Part shown: one piece after another, positions 1-12,800 of the stretch
Position numbering within the stretch: the stretch's first letter is position 1
Layout: every line of letters starts with the position of its first letter
Source of the DNA: Eledone cirrhosa
Taxonomy: Eukaryota
Direction of reading: 5' to 3'
NCBI GenBank assembly: GCA_964016885.1
Contig: CAXHJY010000898.1
Coordinates: 186,001 to 250,000, forward strand
Length of the DNA stretch: 64,000 nucleotides
Made by a program: the position numbers and the translations under genes
The notes under the pieces: model-generated
What the model was told of the DNA's origin: nothing
The model's input: the letters and a program-made list of their open reading frames with translations, nothing else
The model's database searches: none

Positions 1-3000
1 TAGCTTAGCTTAGCTTAGCTTAGGATAGCTTAGCTTAGCTTAGTTTAGGATAGCTTAGCTTAGCTTAGCTTAGGATAGCTTAGCTTAGGATAGCTTAGCT
101 TAGCTTAGCTTAGGATAGCTTAGCTTAGCTTAGCTTAGGATAGCTTAGCTTAGGATAGCTTAGCTTAGCTTAGCTTAGGATAGCTTAGCATAGCTTAGCT
201 TAGGATAGCTTAGCTTAGCTTAGCTTAGGATAGCTTAGCTTAGCTTAGCTTAGGATAGCTTAGCTTAGCTTAGCTTAGGATAGCTTAGCTTAGCTTAGCT
301 TAGGATAGCTTAGCTTAGCTTAGCTTAGGATAGCTTAGCATAGCTTAGCTTAGGATAGCTTAGCTTAGCTTAGCTTAGGATAGCTTAGCTTAGCTTAGGA
401 TAGCTGAGCTTAGCTTGGCTTAGGATAGCTTAGCTTAGCTTGGCTTAGGATAGCTTAGCTTAGCTTAGCTTAGGATAGCTTAGCTTAGGATAGCTTAGGA
501 TAGCTTAGCTTAGCTTAGCTTAGGATAGCTTAGCTTAGTTTAGGATAGCTTAGCTTAGCTTAGCTTAGGATAGCTTAGGATAGCTTAGCTTAGGATAGCT
601 TAGGATAGCTTAGCTTAGGATAGCTTAGGATAGCTTAGCTTAGGATAGCTTAGGATAGCTTAGGTTAGGATAGCTTAGCTTAGGATAGCTTAGGATAGCT
701 TAGCTTAGGATAGCTTAGGATAGCTTAGCTTAGGATAGCTTAGGATAGCTTAGCTTAGGATAGCTTAGCTTAGGATAGCTTAGGAAAGCTTAGCTTAGCT
801 TAGCTTAGGATAGCTTAGCTTAGCTTAGCTTAGGATAGCTTAGCTTAGCTTAGCTTAGGATAGCTTAGGATAGCTTAGCTTAGGATAGCTTAGGATAGCT
901 TAGCTTAGGATAGCTTAGCTTAGGATAGCTTAGCTTAGGATAGCTTAGGATAGCTTAGCTTAGGATAGCTTAGGATAGCTTAGCTTAGGTAGCTTAGCTT
1001 AGGATAGCTTAGGATAGCTTAGCTTAGCTTAGCTTAGGATAGCTTAGCTTAGCTTAGGATAGCTTAGCTTAGCTTAGCTTAGCTTAGGATAGCTTAGCTT
1101 AGCTTAGGATAGCTTAGGATAGCTTAGCTTAGGATAGCTTAGGATAGCTTAGCTTAGGATAGCTTAGGATAGCTTAGCTTAGGATAGCTTAGGATAGCTT
1201 AGCTTAGGATAGCTTAGCTTAGGATAGCTTAGCTTAGCTTAGCTTAGGATAGCTTAGCTTAGGATAGCTTAGGATATCTTAGGTTAGGATAGCTTAGCTT
1301 AGGATAGCTTAGGATAGATTAGCTTAGCTTAGCTTAGGATAGCTTAGCTTAGCTTAGCTTAGGATAGCTTAGCTTAGCTTAGGATAGCTTAGCTTAGCTT
1401 AGCTTAGGATAGCTTAGCTTAGCTTAGCTTAGGATAGCTTAGCTTAGCTTAGGATAGCTTAGCTTAGCTTAGCTTAGGATAGCTTAGCTTAGCTTAGCTT
1501 AGGATAGCTTAGCTTAGGATAGCTTAGCTTAGGATAGCTTAGCTTAGGTTAGCTTAGCTTAGCTTAGCTTAGGATAGCTTAGGATAGCTTAGCTTAGGAT
1601 AACTTAGCTTAGCTTAGCTTAGGATAGCTTAGCTTAGCTTAGCTTAGGATAGCTTAGCTTAGCTTAGCTTAGGATAGCTTAGCTTAGGATAGCTTAGGAT
1701 TGCTTAGCTTAGCTTAGCTTAGGATAGCTTAGCTTAGCTTAGCTTAGGATAGCTTAGCTTAGCTTAGGATAGCTTAGCTTAGCTTAGCTTAGGATAGCTT
1801 AGCTTAGCTTAGCTTAGGATAGCTTAGCTTAGCTTAGCTTAGGATAGCTTAGGATAGCTTAGGATAGCTTAGCTTAGCTTAGCTTAGGATAGCTTAGCTT
1901 AGCTTAGGATAGCTTAGCTTAGCTTAGCTTAGGATAGCTTAGCTTAGCTTAGGATAGCTTAGCTTAGCTTAGCTTAGGATAGCTTAGCTTAGCTTAGCTT
2001 AGGATAGCTTAGCTTAGCTTAGCTTAGGATAGCTTAGCTTAGCTTAGCTTAGGATAGCTTAGCTTAGCTTAGCTTAGGATAGATTAGCTTAGCTTAGGAT
2101 AGCTTAGCTTAGCTTAGGAAAGCTTAGCTTAGCTTAGGATAGCTTAGCTTAGCTTAGCTTAGGAGAGCTTAGCTTAGCTTAGCTTAGGATAGCTTAGCTT
2201 AGCTTAGGATAGCTTAGCTTAGCTTAGGTAGCTTAGCTTAGCTTAGCTTAGGATAGCTTAGCTTAGCTTAGCTTAGCTTAGGATAGCTTAGCTTAGCTTA
2301 GCTTAGGAGAGCTTAGCTTAGCTTAGCTTAGGATAGCTTAGGATAGCTTAGCTTAGGATAGCTTAGGATAGCTTACCTTAGGAGAGCTTAGCTTAGGATA
2401 GCTTAGCTTAGGATAGCTTAGGATAGCTTAGCTTAGGATAGCTTAGCTTAGGATAGCTTAGCTTAGGATAGCTTAGGATAGCTTAGCTTAGCTTAGCTTA
2501 GGATAGCTTAGCTTAGCTTAGCTTAGGATAGCTTAGCTTAGGTTAGCTTAGCTTAGCTTAGCTTAGCTTAGGATAGCTTAGCTTAGGATAGCTTAGGATA
2601 GCTTAGGATAGCTTAGCTTAGGATAGCTTAGCTTAGGATAGCTTAGGATAGCTTAGCTTAGGATAGCTTAGGATAGCTTAGCTTAGGATAGCTTAGCTTA
2701 GGATAGCTTAGGATAGCTTAGCTTAGCTTAGCTTAGGATAGCTTAGCTTAGCTTAGCTTAGGATAGCTTAGCTTAGCTTAGGATTGCTTAGCTTAGCTTA
2801 GCTTAGGATAGCTTAGGATAGCTTAGCTTAGGATAGCTTAGCTTAGGATAGCTTAGGATAGCTTAGGATAGCTTAGCTTAGCTTAGCTTAGGATAGCTTA
2901 GCTTAGCTTAGCTTAGGATAGCTTAGCTTAGCTTAGCTTAGGATAGCTTAGCTTAGCTTAGGATAGCTTAGCTTAGCTTAGCTTAGGATAGCTTAGCTTA

Positions 3001-3739
3001 GCTTAGCTTAGGACAGCTTAGCTTAGCTTAGCTTAGGATAGCTTAGCTTAGCTTAGGATAGCTTAGCTTAGCTTAGCTTAGGATAGCTTAGCTTAGGATA
3101 GCTTAGCTTAGGATAGCTTAGCTTGGGTTAGCTTAGCTTAGCTTAGCTTAGGATAGCTTAGGATAGCTTAGCTTAGGATAGCTTAGCTTAGCTTAGCTTA
3201 GGATAGCTTAGCTTAGCTTAGCTTAGGATAGCTTAGCTTAGCTTAGCTTAGGATAGCTTAGCTTAGCTTAGCTTAGGATAGCTTAGCTTAGGATAGCTTA
3301 GGATAGCTTAGCTTAGCTTAGCTTAGGATAGCTTAGCTTAGCTTAGCTTAGGATAGCTTAGCTTAGCTTAGGATAGCTTAGCTTAGCTTAGCTTAGGATA
3401 GCTTAGCTTAGCTTAGCTTAGGATAGCTTAGCTTAGCTTAGCTTAGGATAGCTTAGGATAGCTTAGGATAGCTTAGCTTAGCTTAGCTTAGGATAGCTTA
3501 GCTTAGCTTAGCTTAGGATAGCTTAGCTTAGCTTAGCTTAGGATAGCTTAGCTTAGCTTAGGATAGCTTAGCTTAGCTTAGGATGATAGCTTAGCTTAGC
3601 TTAGGATAGCTTAGCTTAGCTTAGCTTAGGATAGCTTAGCTTAGCTTAGCTTAGGATAGCTTAGCTTAGCTTAGCTTAGGATAGCTTAGCTTAGCTTAGG
3701 ATAGCTTAGCTTAGCTTAGCTTAGGATAGCTTAGCTTAG

Positions 3740-6700
3740 CTTAGCTTAGGATAGCTTAGCTTAGCTTAGCTTAGGATAGATTAGCTTAGCTTAGGATAGC
3801 TTAGCTTAGCTTAGCTTAGGAAAGCTTAGCTTAGCTTAGGATAGCTTAGCTTAGCTTAGCTTAGGATAGCTTAGGATAGCTTAGCTTAGGATAGCTTAGG
3901 ATAGCTTAGCTTAGGATAGCTTAGGATAGCTTAGGTTAGGATAGCTTAGCTTAGGATAGCTTAGGATAGCTTAGCTTAGGATAGCTTAGGATAGCTTAGC
4001 TTAGGATAGCTTAGGATAGCTTAGCTTAGGATAGCTTAGCTTAGGATAGCTTAGGAAAGCTTAGCTTAGCTTAGCTTAGGATAGCTTAGCTTAGCTTAGC
4101 TTAGGATAGCTTAGCTTAGCTTAGCTTAGGATAGCTTAGGATAGCTTAGCTTAGGATAGCTTAGGATAGCTTAGCTTAGGATAGCTTAGCTTAGGATAGC
4201 TTAGCTTAGGATAGCTTAGGATAGCTTAGCTTAGGATAGCTTAGGATAGCTTAGCTTAGGATAGCTTAGCTTAGGATAGCTTAGGATAGCTTAGCTTAGC
4301 TTAGCTTAGGATAGCTTAGCTTAGCTTAGCTTAGGATAGCTTAGCTTAGCTTAGCTTAGCTTAGCTTAGCTTAGCTTAGGATAGCTTAGGATAGCTTAGC
4401 TTAGGATAGCTTAGGATAGCTTAGCTTAGGATAGCTTAGCTTAGGATAGCTTAGCTTAGCTTAGCTTAGGATAGCTTAGCTTAGGATAGCTTAGGATAGC
4501 TTAGCTTAGGATAGCTTAGCTTAGGATAGCTTAGGATAGCTTAGCTTAGCTTAGCTTAGGATAGCTTAGCTTAGCTTAGCTTAGGATAGCTTAGCTTAGC
4601 TTAGGATAGCTTAGCTTAGCTTAGCTTAGGATAGCTTAGCTTAGCTTAGCTTAGGATAGCTTAGCTTAGGATAGCTTAGGATAGCTTAGCTTAGCTTAGC
4701 TTAGGATAGCTTAGCTTAGCTTAGCTTAGGATAGCTTAGCTTAGCTTAGGATAGCTTAGCTTAGCTTAGCTTAGGATAGCTTAGCCTAGCTTAGCTTAGG
4801 ATAGCTTAGCTTAGCTTAGCTTAGGATAGCTTAGCTTAGGATAGCTTAGGATAGCTTAGCTTAGCTTAGCTTAGGATAGCTTAGCTTAGCTTAGGATAGC
4901 TTAGCTTAGCTTAGGATAGCTTAGCTTAGCTTAGCTTAGGATAGCTTAGCTTAGCTTAGCTTAGGATAGCTTAGCTTAGGTTAGCTTAGGATAGCTTAGG
5001 ATAGCTTAGGATAGCTTAGCTTAGCTTAGCTTAGCTTAGGATAGCTTAACTTAGCTTAGGATAGCTTAGCTTAGCTTAGCTTAGGAGAGCTTAGCTTAGC
5101 TTAGCTTAGGATAGCTTAGCTTAGCTTAGCTTAGGATAGCTTAGCTTAGCTTAGCTTAGGATAGCTTAGCTTAGCTTAGCTTAGGATAGCTTAGCTTAGC
5201 TTAGCTTAGAATAGCTTAGCTTAGGATAGCTTAGCTTAGGATAGCTTAGGATAGCTTAGCTTAGGATAGCTTAGGATAGCTTAGCTTAGGATAGCTTAGC
5301 TTAGCTTAGCTTAGGATAGCTTAGCTTAGCTTAGGATAGCTTAGCTTAGCTTAGCTTAGGATAGCTTAGCTTAGGATAGCTTAGGAAAGCTTAGCTTAGC
5401 TTAGCTTAGCTTAGCTTAGCTTAGCTTAGCTTAGCTTAGCTTAGGATAGCTTAGCTTAGCTTAGGATAGTTTAGCTTAGCTTAGCTTAGGATAGCTTAGC
5501 TTAGCTTAGGATAGCTTAGCTTAGCTTAGCTTAGGATAGCTTAGCTTAGCTTAGGATAGCTTAGCTTAGCTTAGCTTAGGATAGCTTAGCTTAGCTTAGC
5601 TTAGGAAAGCTTAGCTTAGGATAGCTTAGCTTAGCTTAGGATAGCTTAGCTTAGCTTAGCTTAGGATAGCTTAGCTTAGCTTAGCTTAGGATAGCTTAGC
5701 TTAGCTTAGCTTAGTATAGCTTAGCTTAGCTTAGCTTAGGATAGCTTAGCTTAGCTTAGCTTAGGATAGCTTAGCTTAGCTTAGCTTAGGATAGCTTAGC
5801 TTAGCTTAGCTTAGGATAGCTTAGCTTAGCTTAGCTTAGGATAGCTTAGCTTAGCTTGGCTTAGGATAGCTTAGCTTAGCTTGGCTTAGGATAGCTTAGC
5901 TTAGCTTAGCTTAGGATAGCTTAGCTTAGCTTAGCTTAGCTTAGCTTAGCTTAGGATAGCTTAGCTTAGCTTAGCTTAGCTTAGGATAGCTTAGCTTAGC
6001 TTAGCTTAGCTTAGGATAGCTTAGCTTAGCTTAGCTTAGCTTAGCTTAGGATAGCTTAGCTTAGCTTAGCTTAGGATAGCTTAGCTTAGTTTAGGATAGC
6101 TTAGCTTAGCTTAGCTTAGGATAGCTTAGGATAGCTTAGCTTAGGATAGCTTAGGATAGCTTAGCTTAGGATAGCTTAGGATAGCTTAGGTTAGGATAGC
6201 TTAGCTTAGGATAGATTAGGATAGCTTAGCTTAGGATAGCTTAGGATAGCTTAGCTTAGGATAGCTTAGGATAGCTTAGCTTAGAATAGCTTAGCTTAGG
6301 ATAGCTTAGGAAAGCTTAGCTTAGCTTAGCTTAGGATAGCTTAGCTTAGCTTAGCTTAGGATAGCTTAGCTTAGCTTAGCTTAGGATAGCTTAGGATAGC
6401 TTAGCTTAGGATAGCTTAGGATAGCTTAGCTTTGGATAGCTTAGCTTAGGAGAGCTTAGCTTAGGATAGCTTAGGATAGCTTAGCTTAGGATAGCTTAGG
6501 ATAGCTTAGCTTAGGATAGCTTAGCTTAGGATAGCTTAGGATAGCTTAGCTTAGCTTAGCTTAGGATAGCTTAGCTTAGCTTAGCTTAGCTTAGGATAGC
6601 TTAGCTTAGCTTAGCTTAGCTTAGGATAGCTTAGCTTAGCTTAGCTTAGGATAGCTTAGGATAGCTTAGCTTAGGATAGCTTAGGATAGCTTAGCTTAGG

Positions 6701-9700
6701 ATAGCTTAGGATAGCTTAGCTTAGGATAGCTTAGGATAGCTTAGCTTAGGATAGCTTAGCTTAGGATAGCTTAGGATAGATTAGCTTAGGATAGCTTAGG
6801 ATAGCTTAGCTTAGCTTAGCTTAGGATAGCTTAGCTTAGCTTAGCTTAGGATAGATTAGCTTAGCTTAGGATAGCTTAGCTTAGCTTAGCTTAGGAAAGC
6901 TTAGCTTAGCTTAGGATAGCTTAGCTTAGCTTAGCTTAGGATAGCTTAGGATAGCTTAGCTTAGGATAGCTTAGGATAGCTTAGCTTAGGATAGCTTAGG
7001 ATAGCTTAGGTTAGGATAGCTTAGCTTAGGATAGCTTAGGATAGCTTAGCTTAGGATAGCTTAGGATAGCTTAGCTTAGGATAGCTTAGGATAGCTTAGC
7101 TTAGGATAGCTTAGCTTAGGATAGCTTAGGAAAGCTTAGCTTAGCTTAGCTTAGGATAGCTTAGCTTAGCTTAGCTTAGGATAGCTTAGCTTAGCTTAGC
7201 TTAGGATAGCTTAGGATAGCTTAGCTTAGGATAGCTTAGGATATCTTAGCTTAGGATAGCTTAGCTTAGGATAGCTTAGCTTAGGATAGCTTAGGATAGC
7301 TTAGCTTAGGATAGCTTAGGATAGCTTAGCTTAGGATAGCTTAGCTTAGGATAGCTTAGGATAGCTTAGCTTAGCTTAGCTTAGGATAGCTTAGCTTAGC
7401 TTAGCTTAGGATAGCTTAGCTTAGCTTAGCTTAGCTTAGCTTAGCTTAGCTTAGGATAGCTTAGGATAGCTTAGCTTAGGATAGCTTAGGATAGCTTAGC
7501 TTAGGATAGCTTAGCTTAGGATAGCTTAGCTTAGCTTAGCTTAGGATAGCTTAGCTTAGGATAGCTTAGGATAGCTTAGCTTAGGATAGCTTAGCTTAGG
7601 ATAGCTTAGGATAGCTTAGCTTAGCTTAGCTTAGGATAGCTTAGCTTAGCTTAGCTTAGGATAGCTTAGCTTAGCTTAGGATAGCTTAGCTTAGCTTAGC
7701 TTAGGATAGCTTAGCTTAGCTTAGCTTAGGATAGCTTAGCTTAGGATAGCTTAGGATAGCTTAGCTTAGCTTAGCTTAGGATAGCTTAGCTTAGCTTAGC
7801 TTAGGATAGCTTAGCTTAGCTTAGGATAGCTTAGCTTAGCTTAGGATAGCTTAGCCTAGCTTAGCTTAGGATAGCTTAGCTTAGCTTAGCTTAGGATAGC
7901 TTAGCTTAGGATAGCTTAGGATAGCTTAGCTTAGCTTAGCTTAGGATAGCTTAGCTTAGCTTAGGATAGCTTAGCTTAGCTTAGGATAGCTTAGCTTAGC
8001 TTAGCTTAGGATAGCTTAGCTTAGCTTAGCTTAGGATAGCTTAGCTTAGGTTAGCTTAGGATAGCTTAGGATAGCTTAGGATAGCTTAGCTTAGCTTAGC
8101 TTAGCTTAGGATAGCTTAACTTAGCTTAGGATAGCTTAGCTTAGCTTAGCTTAGGATAGCTTAGCTTAGCTTAGCTTAGGATAGCTTAGCTTAGCTTAGC
8201 TTAGGATAGCTTAGCTTAGCTTAGCTTAGGATAGCTTAGCTTAGCTTAGCTTAGGATAGCTTAGCTTAGCTTAGCTTAGAATAGCTTAGCTTAGGATAGC
8301 TTAGCTTAGGATAGCTTAGGATAGCTTAGCTTAGGATAGCTTAGGATAGCTTAGCTTAGGATAGCTTAGCTTAGCTTAGCTTAGGATAGCTTAGCTTAGC
8401 TTAGGATAGCTTAGCTTAGCTTAGCTTAGGATAGCTTAGCTTAGGATAGCTTAGGAAAGCTTAGCTTAGCTTAGCTTAGCTTAGCTTAGCTTAGCTTAGC
8501 TTAGGATAGCTTAGCTTAGCTTAGGATAGTTTAGCTTAGCTTAGCTTAGGATAGCTTAGCTTAGCTTAGCTTAGGATAGCTTAGCTTAGCTTAGCTTAGG
8601 ATAGCTTAGCTTAGCTTAGGATAGCTTAGCTTAGCTTAGCTTAGGATAGCTTAGCTTAGCTTAGGATAGCTTAGCTTAGCTTAGCTTAGGATAGCTTAGC
8701 TTAGCTTAGCTTAGGATAGCTTAGCTTAGGATAGCTTAGCTTAGCTTAGGATAGCTTAGCTTAGCTTAGCTTAGGATAGCTTAGCTTAGCTTAGCTTAGG
8801 ATAGCTTAGCTTAGCTTAGCTTAGTATAGCTTAGCTTAGCTTAGCTTAGGATAGCTTAGCTTAGCTTAGCTTAGGATAGCTTAGCTTAGCTTAGCTTAGG
8901 ATAGCTTAGCTTAGCTTAGCTTAGGATAGCTTAGCTTAGCTTAGCTTAGGATAGCTTAGCTTAGCTTGGCTTAGGATAGCTTAGCTTAGCTTGGCTTAGG
9001 ATAGCTTAGCTTAGCTTAGCTTAGGATAGCTTAGCTTAGCTTAGCTTAGCTTAGCTTAGCTTAGCTTAGGATAGCTTAGCTTAGCTTAGCTTAGGATAGC
9101 TTAGCTTAGCTTAGCTTAGGATAGCTTAGCTTAGCTTAGCTTAGCTTAGCTTAGGATAGCTTAGCTTAGCTTAGCTTAGGATAGCTTAGCTTAGTTTAGG
9201 ATAGCTTAGCTTAGCTTAGCTTAGGATAGCTTAGGATAGCTTAGCTTAGGATAGCTTAGGATAGCTTAGCTTAGGATAGCTTAGGATAGCTTAGGTTAGG
9301 ATAGCTTAGCTTAGGATAGATTAGGATAGCTTAGCTTAGGATAGCTTAGGATAGCTTAGCTTAGGATAGCTTAGGATAGCTTAGCTTAGAATAGCTTAGC
9401 TTAGGATAGCTTAGGAAAGCTTAGCTTAGCTTAGCTTAGGATAGCTTAGCTTAGCTTAGCTTAGGATAGCTTAGCTTAGCTTAGCTTAGGATAGCTTAGG
9501 ATAGCTTAGCTTAGGATAGCTTAGGATAGCTTAGCTTTGGATAGCTTAGCTTAGGAGAGCTTAGCTTAGGATAGCTTAGGATAGCTTAGCTTAGGATAGC
9601 TTAGGATAGCTTAGCTTAGGATAGCTTAGCTTAGGATAGCTTAGGATAGCTTAGCTTAGCTTAGCTTAGGATAGCTTAGCTTAGCTTAGCTTAGCTTAGG

Positions 9701-9870
9701 ATAGCTTAGCTTAGCTTAGCTTAGCTTAGGATAGCTTAGCTTAGCTTAGCTTAGGATAGCTTAGGATAGCTTAGCTTAGGATAGCTTAGGATAGCTTAGC
9801 TTAGGATAGCTTAGGATAGCTTAGCTTAGGATAGCTTAGGATAGCTTAGCTTAGGATAGCTTAGCTTAGG
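3740..9870 (+). repeat. Adjacent duplication of a ~3.07-3.1 kb higher-order unit (two copies, junction ~6770-6850)
   Basis: Paired rare variants: TTAGGAAAGC 3816/6891, TTAGCCTAGC 4781/7851, TTAAC 5046/8116, TTAGAATAGC 5206/8276, TTAGTATAGC 5711/8821, TTTGG 6431/9536 (offsets 3070-3110). Confidence 0.85.
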
Positions 9871-12800
9871 ATAGCTTAGCTTAGCTTAGCTTAGGATAGC
9901 TTAGCTTAGGATAGCTTAGGATAGCTTAGCTTAGGATAGCTTAGCTTAGGATAGCTTAGGATAGCTTAGCTTAGCTTAGCTTAGGATAGCTTAGCTTAGC
10001 TTAGCTTAGGATAGCTTAGCTTAGCTTAGGATAGCTTAGCTTAGCTTAGCTTAGGATAGCTTAGCTTAGCTTAGCTTAGGATAGCTTAGCTTAGCTTAGC
10101 TTAGGATAGCTTAGCTTAGCTTAGGATAGCTCAGCTTAGCTTAGCTTAGGAAAGCTTAGCTTAGCTTAGCTTAGGATAGCTTAGCTTAGGATAGCTTAGC
10201 TTAGGATAGCTTAGCTTAGGTTAGCTTAGCTTAGCTTAGCTTAGGATAGCTTAGGATAGCTTAGCTTAGGATAGCTTAGCTTAGCTTAGCTTAGGATAGC
10301 TTAGCTTAGCTTAGCTTAGGATAGCTTAGCTTAGCTTAGCTTAGGATAGCTTAGCTTAGGATAGCTTAGGATAGCTTAGCTTAGCTTAGCTTAGGATAGT
10401 TTAGCTTAGCTTAGCTTAGGATAGCTTAGCTTAGCTTAGGATAGCTTAGCTTAGCTTAGCTTAGGATAGCTTAGCTTAGCTTAGCTTAGGATAGCTAAGC
10501 TTAGGTTAGCTTAGGATAGCTTAGGATAGCTTAGCTTAGGATAGCTTAGGATAGCTTAGCTTAGGATAGCTTAGCTTAGGATAGCTTAGCTTAGGTTAGC
10601 TTAGCTTAGCTTAGCTTAGGATAGCTTAGGATAGCTTAGCTTAGGATAGCTTAGCTTAGCTTAGCTTAGGATAGCTTAGCTTAGGATAGCTTAGGATAGC
10701 TTAGCTTAGGATAGCTTAGCTTAGGATAGCTTAGCTTAGGATAGCTTAGGATAGCTTAGCTTAGCTTAGCTTAGGATAGCTTAGCTTAGCTTAGCTTAGG
10801 ATAGCTTAGCTTAGGTTAGCTTAGCTTAGCTTAGCTTAGGATAGCTTAGCTTAGGATAGCTTAGGATAGCTTAGCTTAGGATAGCTTAGCTTAGGATAGC
10901 TTAGGATAGCTTAGCTTAGGATAGCTTAGAATAGCTTAGCTTAGGATAGCTTAGCTTAGGATAGCTTAGGATAGCTTAGCTTAGCTTAGCTTAGGATAGC
11001 TTAGCTTAGCTTAGCTTAGGATAGCTTAGCTTAGCTTAGCTTAGGATAGCTTAGCTTAGCTTAGCTTAGGATAGCTTAGGATAGCTTAGCTTAGGATAGC
11101 TTAGGATAGCTTAGGATAGCTTAGCTTAGCTTAGCTTAGGATAGCTTAGCTTAGCTTAGCTTAGGATAGCTTAGCTTAGCTTAGCTTAGGATAGCTTAGC
11201 TTAGCTTAGGATAGCTTAGCTTAGCTTAGCTTAGGATAGCTTAGCTTAGCTTAGCTTAGGATAGCTTAGCTTAGCTTAGGATAGCTTAGCTTAGCTTAGG
11301 ATAGCTTAGCTTAGCTTAGCTTAGGATAGCTTAGCTTAGCTTAGCTTAGGATAGCTTAGCTTAGCTTAGCTTAGGATAGCTTAGCTTAGCTTAGCTTAGG
11401 ATAGCTTAGCTTAGCTTAGCTTAGGATAGCTTAGCTTAGCTTAGCTTAGGATAGCTTAGCTTAGCTTAGCTTAGGATAGATTAGCTTAGCTTAGGATAGC
11501 TTAGCTTAGCTTAGCTTAGGAAAGCTTAGCTTAGCTTAGGATAGCTTAGCTTAGCTTAGCTTAGGAGAGCTTAGCTTAGCTTAGGATAGCTTAGCTTAGC
11601 TTAGCTTAGGATAGCTTAGCTTAGCTTAGCTTAGGTAGCTTAGCTTAGCTTAGCTTAGGATAGCTTAGCTTAGCTTAGCTTAGGATAGCTTAGGATAGCT
11701 TAGCTTAGGATAGCTTAGGATAGCTTACCTTAGGAGAGCTTAGCTTAGGATAGCTTAGCTTAGGATAGCTTAGGATAGCTTAGCTTAGGATAGCTTAGCT
11801 TAGGATAGCTTAGCTTAGGATAGCTTAGGATAGCTTAGCTTAGCTTAGCTTAGGATAGCTTAGCTTAGCTTAGCTTAGGATAGCTTAGCTTAGGTTAGCT
11901 TAGCTTAGCTTAGCTTAGGATAGCTTAGGATAGCTTAGCTTAGGATAGCTTAGGATAGCTTAGCTTAGGATAGCTTAGGATAGCTTAGCTTAGGATAGCT
12001 TAGCTTAGGATAGCTTAGGATTGCTTAGCTTAGGATAGCTTAGGATAGCTTAGCTTAGGATAGCTTAGCTTAGGATCGCTTAGGATAGCTTAGCTTAGCT
12101 TAGCTTAGGATAGCTTAGCTTAGCTTAGCTTAGGATAGCTTAGCTTAGCTTAGCTTAGGATAGCTTAGCTTAGCTTAGCTTAGGATAGCTTAGCTTAGGA
12201 TAGCTTAGGATAGCTTAGCTTAGGATAGCTTAGCTTAGGATAGCTTAGCTTAGGATAGCTTAGGATAGCTTAGCTTAGGATAGCTTAGGATAGCTTAGCT
12301 TAGGATAGCTTAGCTTAGGATAGCTTAGCTTAGGATAGCTTAGGATAGCTTAGCTTAGCTTAGCTTAGGATAGCTTAGCTTAGCTTAGCTTAGGATAGCT
12401 TAGCTTAGCTTAGCTTAGGATAGCTTAGCTTAGCTTAGCCTAGGATAGCTTAGGATAGCTTAGCTTAGGATAGCTTAGGATAGCTTAGCTTAGGTGAGCT
12501 TAGGATAGCTTAGCTTAGGATAGATTAGCTTAGGATAGCTTAGCTTAGGATAGCTTAGGATAGCTTAGCTTAGGATAGCTTAGGATAGCTTAGCTTAGAA
12601 TAGCTTAGCTTAGGATAGCTTAGGAAAGCTTAGCTTAGCTTAGCTTAGGATAGCTTAGCTTAGCTTAGCTTAGGATAGCTTAGCTTAGCTTAGCTTAGGA
12701 TAGCTTAGGATAGCTTAGCTTAGGATAGCTTAGGATAGCTTAGCTTTGGATAGCTTAGCTTAGGAGAGCTTAGCTTAGGATAGCTTAGGATAGCTTAGCT

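Noticed and set aside
660-669. Canonical (TTAGG)n telomere tract or G-quadruplex array
   Set aside because: I saw no more than two consecutive TTAGG. GG pairs are mostly 10-25 nt apart and GGG is very rare, so G4 potential is weak.
12490-12500. Singleton variants (e.g. GGTGAGC ~12493, CTGAG ~404, TAAAGATAG ~32000, GTAGAG ~39475) as functional sites
   Set aside because: Each is seen once and cannot be told apart from recent mutation or consensus error without reads.
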